A stretch of 64,000 nucleotides of DNA from an uncultured virus (IMG/VR IMGVR_UViG_3300029268_000005) (lineage: Duplodnaviria > Heunggongvirae > Uroviricota > Caudoviricetes), in IMG/VR virus record IMGVR_UViG_3300029268_000005, one strand, 5' to 3'. The first letter of the stretch is position 1; every line of letters starts with the position of its first letter. The translations under genes and the position numbers were made by a program. The notes under the pieces are model-generated. The model was not told where the DNA came from. It was given only the letters and a program-made list of their open reading frames with translations, and did not search any database. Shown here piece after piece: positions 39,261 to 49,080 of the stretch.

Positions 39261-42062
39261 TTAGCCGACAACCAAGTGCGATTCGATATTGTTCAAGGCA
39301 TGCGGCAGTGACAGCGTAGTGTCGATCACGATACGGTTGGCCAGCGTGCTGTGCCGACGGATATCGTCAATCGTGCCTTCGATAAGCTGCGCACCAAGAT
39401 GTCGGACGTAATTACGTCCAGTCAACACCTTGAACGCGGCCTTGAGCTCGCTGCGTATCTTGGTGATCAGCGAGTCGGAAACATTCGAGATACCGACGTA
39501 CGGATTGTACACTTCGTCCAAGAAGTACGAGATGGAGTCCAAGTTACGGGTGATGGACTCTTCTCGCTCGTTGTCGTCGTCCGTACTGCCGGTAGTGACA
39601 GCATGTCGCGTGTAGACCGCGCCACTACGCGGATTGGCAGTCACAAGCCACACACCGTTTCCAGCCATCGAGTTCAACTGCGTGTAACTGAACGCAGTCG
39701 TACGCGACATGTCGTCGAATCCAGCCAACGAGACACGCGTCATCGGTTGGTGCGGCAAGATACCGCCGGACTGTGCGGACAAGGCCGCGCACAAATGGTA
39801 TCCGGCAAACGTGTAACCGCTGCCACCAACAGAATCAGGCCACACAGCGCGGACACGGCGAGTGCTGAATCCGTGCTGCAGAGGAATCTCGATAGCCCGC
39901 TGCGTGTTGTTAAGTGAGCGCCAAATCTCAATCTTCTGCGGCGTGTTCACTGCAACGGTATTGCCGGAATACAGACGAATGGTGTCCTCGTTGATGACGG
40001 CATCAACAATGAACTCCGTGTAGCTGACGTTGTCCCAGCCGTCCGTCGTATACAGGTAACGGACCACATCGCCGGCAGTGACGTTATTGGCAACAAAGTT
40101 ACCGTTGCCCGCAGGCACTTCCAGCCACGTGTATTGCGTGCTGGTTGTGTACGGGTCATCACTGAGCTTGGCCAAGACCTCTTCGCCATCCTCAGAGGTG
40201 GCAGTGCTGACCACAGCCTTCTCAGCCACATCGTCCAGATTGATCCACAACACGCGCCAGCGGGCGTATTCAGGAGTGGACATTGTGGCCACGTGAGCGG
40301 CAAACAAGCCCCACACGGTGGCGTTACGGGTCAGAGGGACGAGGCCATACAGCCTGTCTTCTCCACCGATCACGTCCAGCGCCTGAGCCCAGCTGTCGAC
40401 ATCGGACGGGTCACTGACAGCCGTGAAATAGACCGGCACGCCGTTGTTGTTCTGCAGGCCCATGTACAAGGCCCACTTCAACTCGTTGTCAGGGTGAGTA
40501 GCGCCGGAAACAGCGGTGTCCAGATCTTCAGGATCTGCCACGTTGTACACAGCGTCCACCAGATCGGCCAGCCATGCACGATACTCCACAAACAGCTGAC
40601 CGTAGCCCTTGCTGGACTCAGAGATGACGTCCAAGGCCATAGCCGTTCCGCCATCCGTCCAGGTCTCGTCGTAAGCCACGAGAGAGTCGTTGACGGTAAG
40701 CTGCGTCGCAGACTGCTCCCAATTGACCAGAGGGGCAAATCCAGTTCGTTGTTCACCGATCTGGATGTCCTTCATGATGTACAACGACAGATCAAGTTCG
40801 ACTGCCGTGCCAGAGCTGGCAATTGCGCTGGGCAGGTTATGCCCGAGCACCAGGGTCCTGTAGGCCCCATTGCTTTCAGCTGTGGCTTCGATGGAATAGC
40901 GGTCACCCTTGCGCAGACCAGCTTGGCTGAACGCAACGGTGATGCCCTTCGTTCCAACAACAACAGCAGAACCAGCCGCCGTGACATTGGTCGGACCACT
41001 GATATCAACACCACGGTCGGTGGTGACAGTAATCTGCGGAACATCGACCCACAGGCCACCCTTCGTGACTTCGATGATGTAAGTCACGTCTTGCGTACCT
41101 GTGTAGTTTCCACCCGACGTAGCCACAGGTGCCGTCCAGGCTTGTCCAACGACAACTTCCCACTCCTGGCCGACAACAAAGTCTGAAGGCGACACGCCAT
41201 CGACGTCAGCCGACAACGAGCACTCTTCACTGCCGGTGTTGTCCCAGGTGACGGTGACACCACGGTCACCAATCGTTGTCGGAACACCAAAGGCCGACGG
41301 AGTAACGTCGGAGTCATTGTCACGGCCAGACAGCGAGGTCACGCGAAGCTTGGCAGTCGTGGCGTCACCATCAATCGAGCCTTCAATGACACGAATCGTG
41401 TAAGTCTCGTTGATGTCGCCATCGGCAAGACCATCGTAAGCTGCCGAAGACGTAGCCGTAACGGTGACACAGTTCTCTGCGCCATCTTCCTGGGTGGTAG
41501 CGGCAACAGGGGCAGACTGCGTGCTAACATTACTGGCGTCTGCAACTGCAGAGCCGATAACATCGGCAACAGTCTCGGCCACAAAGTCCTTGACGTACGT
41601 CCACAGCTCGTAATCGACATCGGCAACCACGGCACGAACCTTGACGATATCGCCAGGCGTGACATCGCGGTCGTAGAAGTCGGCAGAACGAGGATAGGAC
41701 ACGCCATTCGACTTGAAGCTCAGCGTCGGGCTGGTGATACGGCTGGCTCGCGACGGCACGGATTCAATGGTATCGCCGCCACCGATGGTGTCGGTGAAGT
41801 AGCGCAGCAAGGCATTGTCCATGTACAGCTTGGTATAGGCCGCATCAATCACACCGCCGGCAGGGCGGTTAGGCCAAGCGTAATCCGTATCGGTCAACGG
41901 ATCGTAGTAGCCAAGATAACCCTCTTGCTTCTCATCACTCTCAGCATAGCGAACGAGCTTGGCATGCCCGCCCGTGTAGTGTGCGGGTAGTTCCGGCGTG
42001 GTCGCCGAGACAGACTTGTTGAAGTCCTGGTAAATCAGATTGCCGGGGACGATGTACGCCAT
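39261..42062 (-). CDS. Contractile tail sheath protein
   Basis: N-terminal MAYIVPGNLIYQDF; C-terminal HQPMT..QLNSMAGNGV..YTRHAVTT..REESITRNLD..LPHALNNIE. Confidence 0.9.
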   Translation of the reverse strand: MAYIVPGNLIYQDFNKSVSATTPELPAHYTGGHAKLVRYAESDEKQEGYLGYYDPLTDTDYAWPNRPAGGVIDAAYTKLYMDNALLRYFTDTIGGGDTIESVPSRASRITSPTLSFKSNGVSYPRSADFYDRDVTPGDIVKVRAVVADVDYELWTYVKDFVAETVADVIGSAVADASNVSTQSAPVAATTQEDGAENCVTVTATSSAAYDGLADGDINETYTIRVIEGSIDGDATTAKLRVTSLSGRDNDSDVTPSAFGVPTTIGDRGVTVTWDNTGSEECSLSADVDGVSPSDFVVGQEWEVVVGQAWTAPVATSGGNYTGTQDVTYIIEVTKGGLWVDVPQITVTTDRGVDISGPTNVTAAGSAVVVGTKGITVAFSQAGLRKGDRYSIEATAESNGAYRTLVLGHNLPSAIASSGTAVELDLSLYIMKDIQIGEQRTGFAPLVNWEQSATQLTVNDSLVAYDETWTDGGTAMALDVISESSKGYGQLFVEYRAWLADLVDAVYNVADPEDLDTAVSGATHPDNELKWALYMGLQNNNGVPVYFTAVSDPSDVDSWAQALDVIGGEDRLYGLVPLTRNATVWGLFAAHVATMSTPEYARWRVLWINLDDVAEKAVVSTATSEDGEEVLAKLSDDPYTTSTQYTWLEVPAGNGNFVANNVTAGDVVRYLYTTDGWDNVSYTEFIVDAVINEDTIRLYSGNTVAVNTPQKIEIWRSLNNTQRAIEIPLQHGFSTRRVRAVWPDSVGGSGYTFAGYHLCAALSAQSGGILPHQPMTRVSLAGFDDMSRTTAFSYTQLNSMAGNGVWLVTANPRSGAVYTRHAVTTGSTDDDNEREESITRNLDSISYFLDEVYNPYVGISNVSDSLITKIRSELKAAFKVLTGRNYVRHLGAQLIEGTIDDIRRHSTLANRIVIDTTLSLPHALNNIESHLVVG

Positions 42063-42095
42063 GGATTGTGCCTCCGTGCGACAGGCAGAAAGGTT

Positions 42096-42722
42096 TTAAG
42101 GATTCAGCAGTACGTTGAGCGAGACGCGCTTCAGGCGAGGTGCCTGCTGTCTAAGTGACCAGCGCTCTGAGAACGCATAGCCTACATTGACAGGAACAAC
42201 AAAGTTTTCAGTAGACTCCTCGAGTTTAGCTACGGCTCCAACCTCAAGTACTGCGAACCGGTATAGACCAAGTTCTTTGCTGATCTGCTGGCCAAATTCG
42301 TGAATTTGTCGACTGACTTCCGTTGCCAGTAGGTCAGCCTGCGATCCTGTGCCGCCTATGCAAAACAACGAATGGCTACCAATCCAAAACGTCTCGAAAT
42401 GGGTGAAGCCAAACTTGTCCGAGGCAGGTCCTTGGCGCTTATCCCCAATACCAACACGGTGATTGGTGTAAGCGTTACGTTTGATTAAAACCGCTGGACG
42501 CTTGCCAGTCGTGGCAGGATTCCAGCGCCAAACACTCTCTATCAGTATATTTGTTCGCTCACCGTCACGCCATACAAGGTGACGTAGGTCTGGGTTCTCT
42601 ATAAGGTCTTCGGCGGCAAAATGCCTGGTAAGTTCGTCTCTGAAGCAGCCAGTTAGCGTCTGTGCCGCTGAGTACAGCGAACAGATGGAACTAAGGGTAA
42701 TTGGATCAAAGTCAGTGCTCAT
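42096..42722 (-). CDS. Putative tail completion/terminator protein
   Basis: KRPAVLIKR; position immediately upstream of the sheath. Confidence 0.6.
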   Translation of the reverse strand: MSTDFDPITLSSICSLYSAAQTLTGCFRDELTRHFAAEDLIENPDLRHLVWRDGERTNILIESVWRWNPATTGKRPAVLIKRNAYTNHRVGIGDKRQGPASDKFGFTHFETFWIGSHSLFCIGGTGSQADLLATEVSRQIHEFGQQISKELGLYRFAVLEVGAVAKLEESTENFVVPVNVGYAFSERWSLRQQAPRLKRVSLNVLLNP

Positions 42723-42730
42723 GGCTAATC

Positions 42731-42883
42731 CTACAGGCCCAGTAGACGCCGGATACGCTTATGATTTGGCTCATAGTCCGTGACACTAAGCGTTCGGATC
42801 ATCTGCCGTTCCTTCGGCTTATCTTTACGCTCAGGCTTTTGCACAGGGGCGCCTGAACCCTTTTTGGGTGGAATATAGGGCAT
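42731..42883 (-). CDS. Small basic hypothetical protein (50 aa, not in the track)
   Basis: MPYIPPKKGSGAPVQKPERKDKPKERQMIRTLSVTDYEPNHKRIRRLLGL fills the gap between its neighbours. Confidence 0.5.
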   Translation of the reverse strand: MPYIPPKKGSGAPVQKPERKDKPKERQMIRTLSVTDYEPNHKRIRRLLGL

Positions 42884-42884
42884 A

Positions 42885-43724
42885 CTAGGTCCTATCTATT
42901 GCCAGACCGTAGATGGTGTGACTGAACGGGGCGTGTCGAAGCTCAGCCTCAACAATAACCGGTACACCGCGATACTCGGCAACATGCTTGATGCTCTGTA
43001 TGAACCAGCGCATGTCCGATTCGTCCTGCACCCACACGTCCTCTGTATCTAATTGCGGTACGGACAGAAACTTACCGGAGATGACGATGTTGTTTGTTGT
43101 AGCTGTGGGCTCCTGCACCTGCTCTCTACGCACTTTCTGGGACAGCTCGGCCCATATGCAAGGTGTGGCTGCAAAGTAGCCGCCCTCGAAGCCTGTTCCA
43201 AAACACAGCGGACAGTCTGGGTTAAGGTTCTCGCCAGTTTGGTAGTCTATATGGCCGGCAGAACATGCAGCACCGTATAGCTTACGTTTGAGCAGATAGC
43301 CACGACAACCGGCATGAGTAGCCTGATAGCGAACACGCCACTGGCGCTGAATCTCACGCACTAGCCTGTTGTCACGAACATCTAGACCACCGTAGCAAGA
43401 GGCAGGCTGTGAGTAGTACGTGCCAAGGCTGGTTACAAGCTTAACACGATAGTGTGTCCACTGTGTTTGGCCAAAAACTCGTTGCGTGTCATCGACAAGA
43501 TAGAAAGTGTCTTGGGCCGTTGCGCCCACATTTGTCCAATCATCGGCAGTAGACGTGCCTGTACGGCCAATCTGTAATTGGAACGTATGAGGGGCCGGGT
43601 CATGAAACGTAGGGACCAATGCCCATTCAACGACAGTGCCGCCCTGTATGACCACAGATACGCGTACATACTGGAACACTGCCTCGCAGACATTTCCGCA
43701 AGACGCTGTGCAGGATTCAGGCAT
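42885..43724 (-). CDS. Putative neck/head-closure protein with a Zn-binding motif
   Basis: YLLKRKLYGAAC..DCPLCFGTGFEGGY; start moved to MPESC (downstream of a terminator). Confidence 0.65.
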   Translation of the reverse strand: MPESCTASCGNVCEAVFQYVRVSVVIQGGTVVEWALVPTFHDPAPHTFQLQIGRTGTSTADDWTNVGATAQDTFYLVDDTQRVFGQTQWTHYRVKLVTSLGTYYSQPASCYGGLDVRDNRLVREIQRQWRVRYQATHAGCRGYLLKRKLYGAACSAGHIDYQTGENLNPDCPLCFGTGFEGGYFAATPCIWAELSQKVRREQVQEPTATTNNIVISGKFLSVPQLDTEDVWVQDESDMRWFIQSIKHVAEYRGVPVIVEAELRHAPFSHTIYGLAIDRT

Positions 43725-43743
43725 ATTGCGACCTGTGATAGCT

Positions 43744-43780
43744 AAAAGAAACGACAGGGGCCGAAGGCACCCCTGTCGTT
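43744..43780 (-). terminator. Intrinsic terminator
   Basis: AACGACAGGGG..CCCCTGTCGTT stem followed by TCTTTT on the minus strand. Confidence 0.85.
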
Positions 43781-43803
43781 CATTGTACATCTACCTACGG
43801 CCC

Positions 43804-44088
43804 TCAGCGAGGGCTAGCGACGCCAACGAGCGTCCGCGTTGCATAACTGGGCTCCGCCGGGAGCCTGTCAACTTTCGGCAACACACGTGGCAACACACGA
43901 AACCTGCACCTGTCTTGGGCGATCACCCTACAGACAGCCAGGCTGTTCATGTGTCGACACCGTTCACAAAAGTTCAGTCGCCCGACGCGACTGCGCAAGA
44001 TCCGGATCGGTTCCCCACAAACACCACATGTGTCTGCGAAGAACTGAGAGTCATGACCAACCCTACGCGGAACTTGACTGACGATCAT
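43804..44088 (-). CDS. Small zinc-ribbon accessory protein
   Basis: CGVCG..CERC; AAAGGA RBS before GTG/ATG; start approximate. Confidence 0.5.
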   Translation of the reverse strand: MIVSQVPRRVGHDSQFFADTCGVCGEPIRILRSRVGRLNFCERCRHMNSLAVCRVIAQDRCRFRVLPRVLPKVDRLPAEPSYATRTLVGVASPR

Positions 44089-44116
44089 CACGGTTTCCTT
44101 TACATCCCTGAGAAAC

Positions 44117-44145
44117 AAAAAACGCCAAGACAAACAGCTTGGCGT
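44117..44145 (-). terminator. Intrinsic terminator
   Basis: ACGCCAAG / CTTGGCGT stem followed by a U-tract on the minus strand. Confidence 0.75.
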
Positions 44146-44169
44146 ATCCTACCGACGCTAATCACGCAA

Positions 44170-44658
44170 CTATCTACCGTTTGGGGTTGTGGAGTACCTC
44201 AGTCCACCTCCATTTCCAAAGACATTGGTGCTTCCAAACGGATTTGGCACTGTATAAGTGCCGCCGCTGGTCGTCTGACCGCCAAACGAATTTGGCGTTG
44301 TCCGGCCTTGGTACATACCGGAGCTACTATGGAAATTCTGACCCCCAGAGAAGTTGGGAGTGCTGCTGCCCTGGTACATTCCAGAGCTGCCATAGAAGTT
44401 TTGCCCGCCGGAGGAGTTGGGCGTGCTGCGACCTTGGTACATTCCTGAACTTCCGTAGAAGTTCTGGCCCCCGGCCGAGTTGGTTGTTGTCTGGCCCTGG
44501 TACATCCCAGAACTTCCGTAGAAGTTCTGCCCGAAGGACCCACTGTTTCCGAACGCGCTTTGCTGCCCGTTCGCCGTCGGCAGCAGGACCGTGACCGCAG
44601 CCACAACTAATGCAAAGATCGCCAACACACACACCATTCTCAAAACAGAGCCAACCAT
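44170..44658 (-). CDS. Secreted protein with four 21-aa GQNFYGSSGMYQG repeats
   Basis: Signal/TM segment followed by 63-nt tandem repeats; start MVGSVL after AGGAGG. Confidence 0.8.
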   Translation of the reverse strand: MVGSVLRMVCVLAIFALVVAAVTVLLPTANGQQSAFGNSGSFGQNFYGSSGMYQGQTTTNSAGGQNFYGSSGMYQGRSTPNSSGGQNFYGSSGMYQGSSTPNFSGGQNFHSSSGMYQGRTTPNSFGGQTTSGGTYTVPNPFGSTNVFGNGGGLRYSTTPNGR

Positions 44659-44717
44659 GACAAACCCTCCTGAGTTAAAGAAATAGTGGCCCACCAAAAC
44701 TAAGCACTACCTATAGG

Positions 44718-44727
44718 ATTATGCCAC
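44718..44727 (-). promoter_or_regulatory. Extended -10-like promoter GTGGCATAAT
   Basis: TGn+CATAAT; identical 10-mer at 49086-49095; TGGCATAT at 53947-53954. Confidence 0.55.
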
Positions 44728-44747
44728 GGTAAGCCACAATCTTTTAC

Positions 44748-45659
44748 TCAGGCATAGCCAGATCCAAGAGATCCTCGGAATAGCTTGGCATTAAGCTCGA
44801 CCTTTTTGTAGCGAACAAAGTCGTGCCATTCTGACTTGAGGGCAGAGGCCAGCTGAATATACTCTCCGTTCTTGTCCTTGTCATTGATGACAACACCGGA
44901 GGCACTGGCACCAAGCTTATTGCGCATATAGTGGTGTACGGCAATCATCAGAAGCTCAGCAACAATGGCCTTAAGCCAATGTTCTCTGAACGGAAAGTTC
45001 TTGCAGTTGTAACGGGCAATCGGCGGGGGCTCTTCATTCCAATATCGAATAGGTCCTAGAATAGCCGACACGATCTCGTTGTCATCGAACTCAACGTCTT
45101 GCAGAAGATCGTTCTCAACACCTGTGTCCCGCATCCGTATACGAATCTCTGACAATGACGGCGGTCCTACTCGTTGTTGAATATCACCGAAGAGTGACTC
45201 TTCAATCGACAGCAAACCACTGTTCAAGACAACAATATCACCGGCAGCATTCTTGACGGCCACATTGACCCTATAAATACCAGCGATGTCGTAGATGGCC
45301 CTAGGTATGGCAAAACTGATCTGTCCGGAAGAAGCAGCTGAGAACTCACCAGTTGCAGCGATTATGCGACCACCTGCGCAATCGGCAATTCGCACATCAA
45401 CACTTGCCGTATCGGCATCTTCCGATTCGCTAATAGAATCGGACACTGTAATCAAGCTAGACAGATCGACAGGTGCACCGCTCTTGTCACGTACTAGCCA
45501 GGTAACAGTGCTAGCTACGCCTTTATCACCAAGGACAACGGGCCGTTTTGTGTTGATAGGGCAGCCTTCGTGCGTTGGCACATTAGGCTGTATCGTAGAC
45601 GACAGCGGAAGACCTGCATCATCAGACGGCTGCGTTACCTGTGTACCTGTGACGGGCAT
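44748..45659 (-). CDS. Putative head-tail adaptor with an N-terminal Ig/BppU-like domain
   Basis: EIRIRMRD..NDLLQDVEFDDNEI..WNEEPP; N-terminal PVDLS..GQISF..AGIY. Confidence 0.65.
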   Translation of the reverse strand: MPVTGTQVTQPSDDAGLPLSSTIQPNVPTHEGCPINTKRPVVLGDKGVASTVTWLVRDKSGAPVDLSSLITVSDSISESEDADTASVDVRIADCAGGRIIAATGEFSAASSGQISFAIPRAIYDIAGIYRVNVAVKNAAGDIVVLNSGLLSIEESLFGDIQQRVGPPSLSEIRIRMRDTGVENDLLQDVEFDDNEIVSAILGPIRYWNEEPPPIARYNCKNFPFREHWLKAIVAELLMIAVHHYMRNKLGASASGVVINDKDKNGEYIQLASALKSEWHDFVRYKKVELNAKLFRGSLGSGYA

Positions 45660-45668
45660 GCTGTGTTC

Positions 45669-47789
45669 CTAGCTGACAGTGAGTGACTTGTAATCAGGCC
45701 CGTAATAACCCTGTTTGAAATACAGCAGGACATAGTTGCCTGGATCAAGCATCATGGGCGTTACCCATCGACCAAGCAGGGTTGTAACGCTGCGCGCGAC
45801 GGCGTATGCCGCTGTTCGATTTCCAGCTTCCCAGTCGGACTGTGTAAATGCCCATATTGTCGCGTTATCAATTCCAGCGCCATTAGCAGCGGCATAAGCC
45901 AATGCGTCATCGCTGCCATAGTTGTGATCAACAGATACAGCATCATCGCTGGAAGTATCTACAACAATCGTATCAGTCTTGGCCTGAATGTCTTCCAGGT
46001 ACTTGTCGATACTGCCGTCTGCCGAGGTGGTGCCTGTGGCTGCAAGCTGTAGGGCGTTACGGAAGTCCTGAGGATCAAATGACACAGAGACAGAGCTAAT
46101 TGCCTCTGGCAAAGTTGTGCCTGTGTCTTCGCTGATCTGCGCTAGCAACGAGCCCTCAGCCTCCATAGCTGTTTTCACATCTGAGGCTGAATGAGTAGAA
46201 AATCCAGCGGCAGTTACCCAGTGTATGTCGCCATAAGCTGCCAGCGCAGTTATTGCTGCATCCATCTCAGCCTTGGTTGGTCCGGCATAAGTGCTAAATG
46301 CCGCAGTCAGGTCGTTAGTTGTCAGTGTGCTGGTGCCTATGGTGGGCGGATTAGATACGTCTGCAGCCCAATTTAGCGTTGCTGGCGATTTGGCAACTGC
46401 CGCGCCGGCAGCGTGTCGACTTGTTATCGTCGTATCCAAGTATCCGGCCTTGGTGTTTGTCCATACAGCTGTACTGAGCGCTGTAGACGCCAGGGCCAGC
46501 GGGCTAACCGCTGAATCCAACTCGGCCTTCGTAGGCGGGCGGTAGGCCGTAATCGCGGCGGCGCAGGCGGCTTGCGTTTCGGCCTGGTTCAACCCGCTTT
46601 CGACGGCCGTTTCCAATTGCACAAGTACCGGCTGCGCGGAGTAGGTTGCCGTCTTAACTAATGCGACGATGAGACTCTTAGCGCCGGCTATAGCTGCGAT
46701 AGTAGGATGCAGGCTGATTGAGTACGCGCCAGGGTGATTGGTATGCTCGATTTCAGTAATGCGACACCGCGAGTTGTCCACTGATGCGTTGTATTGGACG
46801 GCTGCGCCGACAACGAGCGTGTCATTGGTTGTGGCATACGTCCATGAATCGCCGGTTTCTGGGCACAGAATGTGTATTTCAGCGTTAGCGTCAAGAGCGC
46901 TGGCACCTGTCTGCTCCTCGCTGAATGCAAATGATCCTTCACCCTGAATCATGGTCACGGTCATTAGTGGTTGTGGCATACCAGCTAGCGCCCCCGTGAA
47001 TTCCACCAACACATCGGATTGATCCATTGAGCAAGACACATCTCCAACGCCGATGTTTGGCAGCGCCTCTAAGGCTATTTGCATCGACGCACTGTCACGG
47101 CCATAAAGCGAAACGGTAGTCTCGCCGTCAAAAGTGACCGTAAATTCCTGCGGTTCGCCAGGGTCGGATACCTCGTAAAGTCGCTGGATGGCATTGGCTT
47201 GCACGCCGGTCATCAGCGTCGTGGCGTCCCCGGCCGGATCGACCACAAACAACGGCACCATCGGCTCCGTCTCACCGTGCGGCATCACAATCGTGATCAT
47301 GTCGCCTGTCGGTCTAGCTACGGAACTCGCCGCCAAGACCGCGTCTAGTTGGGTGTCCAGATCATCGTCGGCCATGCCCAACGCCGTGCGGATGTCGGCG
47401 GAACTGAGCGTCGATGCAGCGGCATCGAACCAATCGACCTGCCATGAGGCGTTGGTGTCGCTGGCGTTGCTGCTCAGGACTTGGATCGTGTAATCGGTGG
47501 CCGTAGCCGAACCGCCGGCCAGGTAGTACGGGCCGAGGTGCAACGTCACGCCCGTATCGGTCGCAACATCCTTCGCCACCGCGAACTGATCGAGCGTTCG
47601 GCTGTCGGTCGTGTTGCGGATCTTGACCGTGATCGTCGCCGCCGTGTTGGTCAGTCCGGTCAGCATGACCTTCGCCGCCACCCGCAGCGTCGTGGCTGCA
47701 CTGACCGTTAGTTTGGCTGTTGCCAGGGACTGCAACGTGGTCACGTTCAACGCGCTGCCGGTCGTGCTCTGTAGTGCTGTTACTGCCAT
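45669..47789 (-). CDS. Mosaic Ala/Thr-rich virion fibre/decoration protein
   Basis: IALEALPNIG..VEFTGALAG module; PTKAE(L/M)D repeats; C-terminal carboxypeptidase-regulatory-like YKQGY-type end. Confidence 0.6.
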   Translation of the reverse strand: MAVTALQSTTGSALNVTTLQSLATAKLTVSAATTLRVAAKVMLTGLTNTAATITVKIRNTTDSRTLDQFAVAKDVATDTGVTLHLGPYYLAGGSATATDYTIQVLSSNASDTNASWQVDWFDAAASTLSSADIRTALGMADDDLDTQLDAVLAASSVARPTGDMITIVMPHGETEPMVPLFVVDPAGDATTLMTGVQANAIQRLYEVSDPGEPQEFTVTFDGETTVSLYGRDSASMQIALEALPNIGVGDVSCSMDQSDVLVEFTGALAGMPQPLMTVTMIQGEGSFAFSEEQTGASALDANAEIHILCPETGDSWTYATTNDTLVVGAAVQYNASVDNSRCRITEIEHTNHPGAYSISLHPTIAAIAGAKSLIVALVKTATYSAQPVLVQLETAVESGLNQAETQAACAAAITAYRPPTKAELDSAVSPLALASTALSTAVWTNTKAGYLDTTITSRHAAGAAVAKSPATLNWAADVSNPPTIGTSTLTTNDLTAAFSTYAGPTKAEMDAAITALAAYGDIHWVTAAGFSTHSASDVKTAMEAEGSLLAQISEDTGTTLPEAISSVSVSFDPQDFRNALQLAATGTTSADGSIDKYLEDIQAKTDTIVVDTSSDDAVSVDHNYGSDDALAYAAANGAGIDNATIWAFTQSDWEAGNRTAAYAVARSVTTLLGRWVTPMMLDPGNYVLLYFKQGYYGPDYKSLTVS

Positions 47790-47795
47790 GCTGGC

Positions 47796-48131
47796 TTACT
47801 CCTGGCTCGGCTGCGGTTCGGGCTCGACGGCCTCGGGCTGTTCTGGCATCGGCGGGAACTGATACGGGCTGTTCGCCTCCCAGAACGCTTGCGTACTGTC
47901 GAACGTCGCGGACAGTGCGGCGGCCACTTCGACCGGCAGCGCAGCCAGGATGTTGGCCTTGCCGTGCGCCTTGCAGCGATCGGAAATCATGGAACACTGA
48001 TAGGCCATCTCGCTCCAGGTCCGTTCGATACCCTGGAGGATGTCGGCCACCGCCGTTGCGATCTCGCTGGTCGTCTGCGCCTGCCGCGCGAACTCGACGA
48101 GCACCGCCGCGGGTTTGGCTTCTTCGGGCAT
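47796..48131 (-). CDS. Hypothetical protein
   Basis: 111 aa, GAGG RBS, tightly packed. Confidence 0.6.
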   Translation of the reverse strand: MPEEAKPAAVLVEFARQAQTTSEIATAVADILQGIERTWSEMAYQCSMISDRCKAHGKANILAALPVEVAAALSATFDSTQAFWEANSPYQFPPMPEQPEAVEPEPQPSQE

Positions 48132-48132
48132 G

Positions 48133-48894
48133 TTAGCACCTCGTATGGGCTAGGCCGTTTTTTCCGGCCAGGTAGTGGTATTGGATGCGGGCCGCGGCCA
48201 GGGCGTAGGTGTAGAGGGCCACGCCGAAGATCCGGCCATCGTAATAGGACGTGGCCCCGGCGCCATTGGCCGCAGCGCCGATTTTCAGCGGACACGTCGC
48301 GTTGTAGATCGCGGCGATCGCACCAGCAGCAACCTTCGCGGGCGTTTGCAATACACCATTCACATAGAGCGCGAGGGTCGTACCGTTCCACGTAAACGCA
48401 ACGTGGCTCCACTCGCCAACCGTCAGGCTGGCGGTGCTGTTGTACCGCTTGACGTTACTCCCGTAGAGCCCATCAGCGGAAATGGTCACTTGAAGTTTCG
48501 GCGGATTCGACGTCTCGACCTGCATCAGCCAGGACCGCTGATTGATGCTTGAATCGTATTGTCCGCAGATCGACCGATTGAAGGTGCTGCCCTGCCTCAC
48601 CCAGGCTTCCACGGTCATCGCCGAGGATACAGCGATCGCGGCGGAATCGGCGATCGAGACGCATTGGCTCGACCCGTTGAACGTCGGTGCGCCGGAAGCA
48701 CTACGGTTGATCGGTCCCGGCATGACGCCCAGAGTTGGCGAACCCACATATGTGCCAGCATTGTTGGTCCCGCGCGCGGCCAGCATCAGATCCGCAGCCG
48801 CTATTCCACTGACCTCGTCGAGCATCCATGCAGCGACCGGCAGACCGCCGTAGGCGGCCTCGCTCAAGATCACGTTGCGGTAGTCTAGATACAT
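48133..48894 (-). CDS. LamG/concanavalin-A-like jelly-roll domain protein
   Basis: PVAAWMLDE, TFNGSSQ, MTVEAWV, WSHVAFTWNGTTLALYVNG, YDGRIFGVALYTYAL. Confidence 0.9.
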   Translation of the reverse strand: MYLDYRNVILSEAAYGGLPVAAWMLDEVSGIAAADLMLAARGTNNAGTYVGSPTLGVMPGPINRSASGAPTFNGSSQCVSIADSAAIAVSSAMTVEAWVRQGSTFNRSICGQYDSSINQRSWLMQVETSNPPKLQVTISADGLYGSNVKRYNSTASLTVGEWSHVAFTWNGTTLALYVNGVLQTPAKVAAGAIAAIYNATCPLKIGAAANGAGATSYYDGRIFGVALYTYALAAARIQYHYLAGKNGLAHTRC

Positions 48895-48951
48895 CTGCTG
48901 CCTCGTTGTGACGCTATCTCAACACATTATAAGCAATAACCCCTGATAGCT

Positions 48952-49080
48952 AAAGAAAAGGCCATGCGACTGCATGGCCCCTTCTACACTTGTGACTCAT
49001 CCATGAGACTAGCCTCCATGCTAAAACAAATGACGTACAGGTAGGACAGGAGCGTATTAGGTTCCGTACGCCTAGTCTCC
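48952..49080 (-). ncRNA. Candidate ~130-nt small RNA with ANGGA hairpins and a terminator (RsmY/Z-like)
   Basis: Own GTGGCATAAT element upstream; TAGC-ATGGAG-GCTA and CTC-ATGGAT-GAG hairpins; GGCCATGC/GCATGGCC stem plus TTTTCTTT terminator; only very short ATG ORFs. Confidence 0.45.

Noticed and set aside
40134..41186. 350-aa plus-strand ORF
   Set aside because: Antisense shadow of the codon-biased sheath gene; no RBS or recognisable motifs.
25356..42062. Extracellular contractile injection system or tailocin instead of a phage
   Set aside because: Prohead protease, scaffold, capsid and neck genes are co-oriented in the same window.
43636..44448. 270-aa plus-strand ORF with repeats
   Set aside because: It crosses two minus-strand terminators and mirrors the 63-nt repeat gene, which has the RBS and signal peptide.
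44280..44540. 63-nt tandem repeats as a CRISPR array
   Set aside because: The repeats are contiguous, in frame and vary at synonymous positions; there are no unique spacers and no cas genes.
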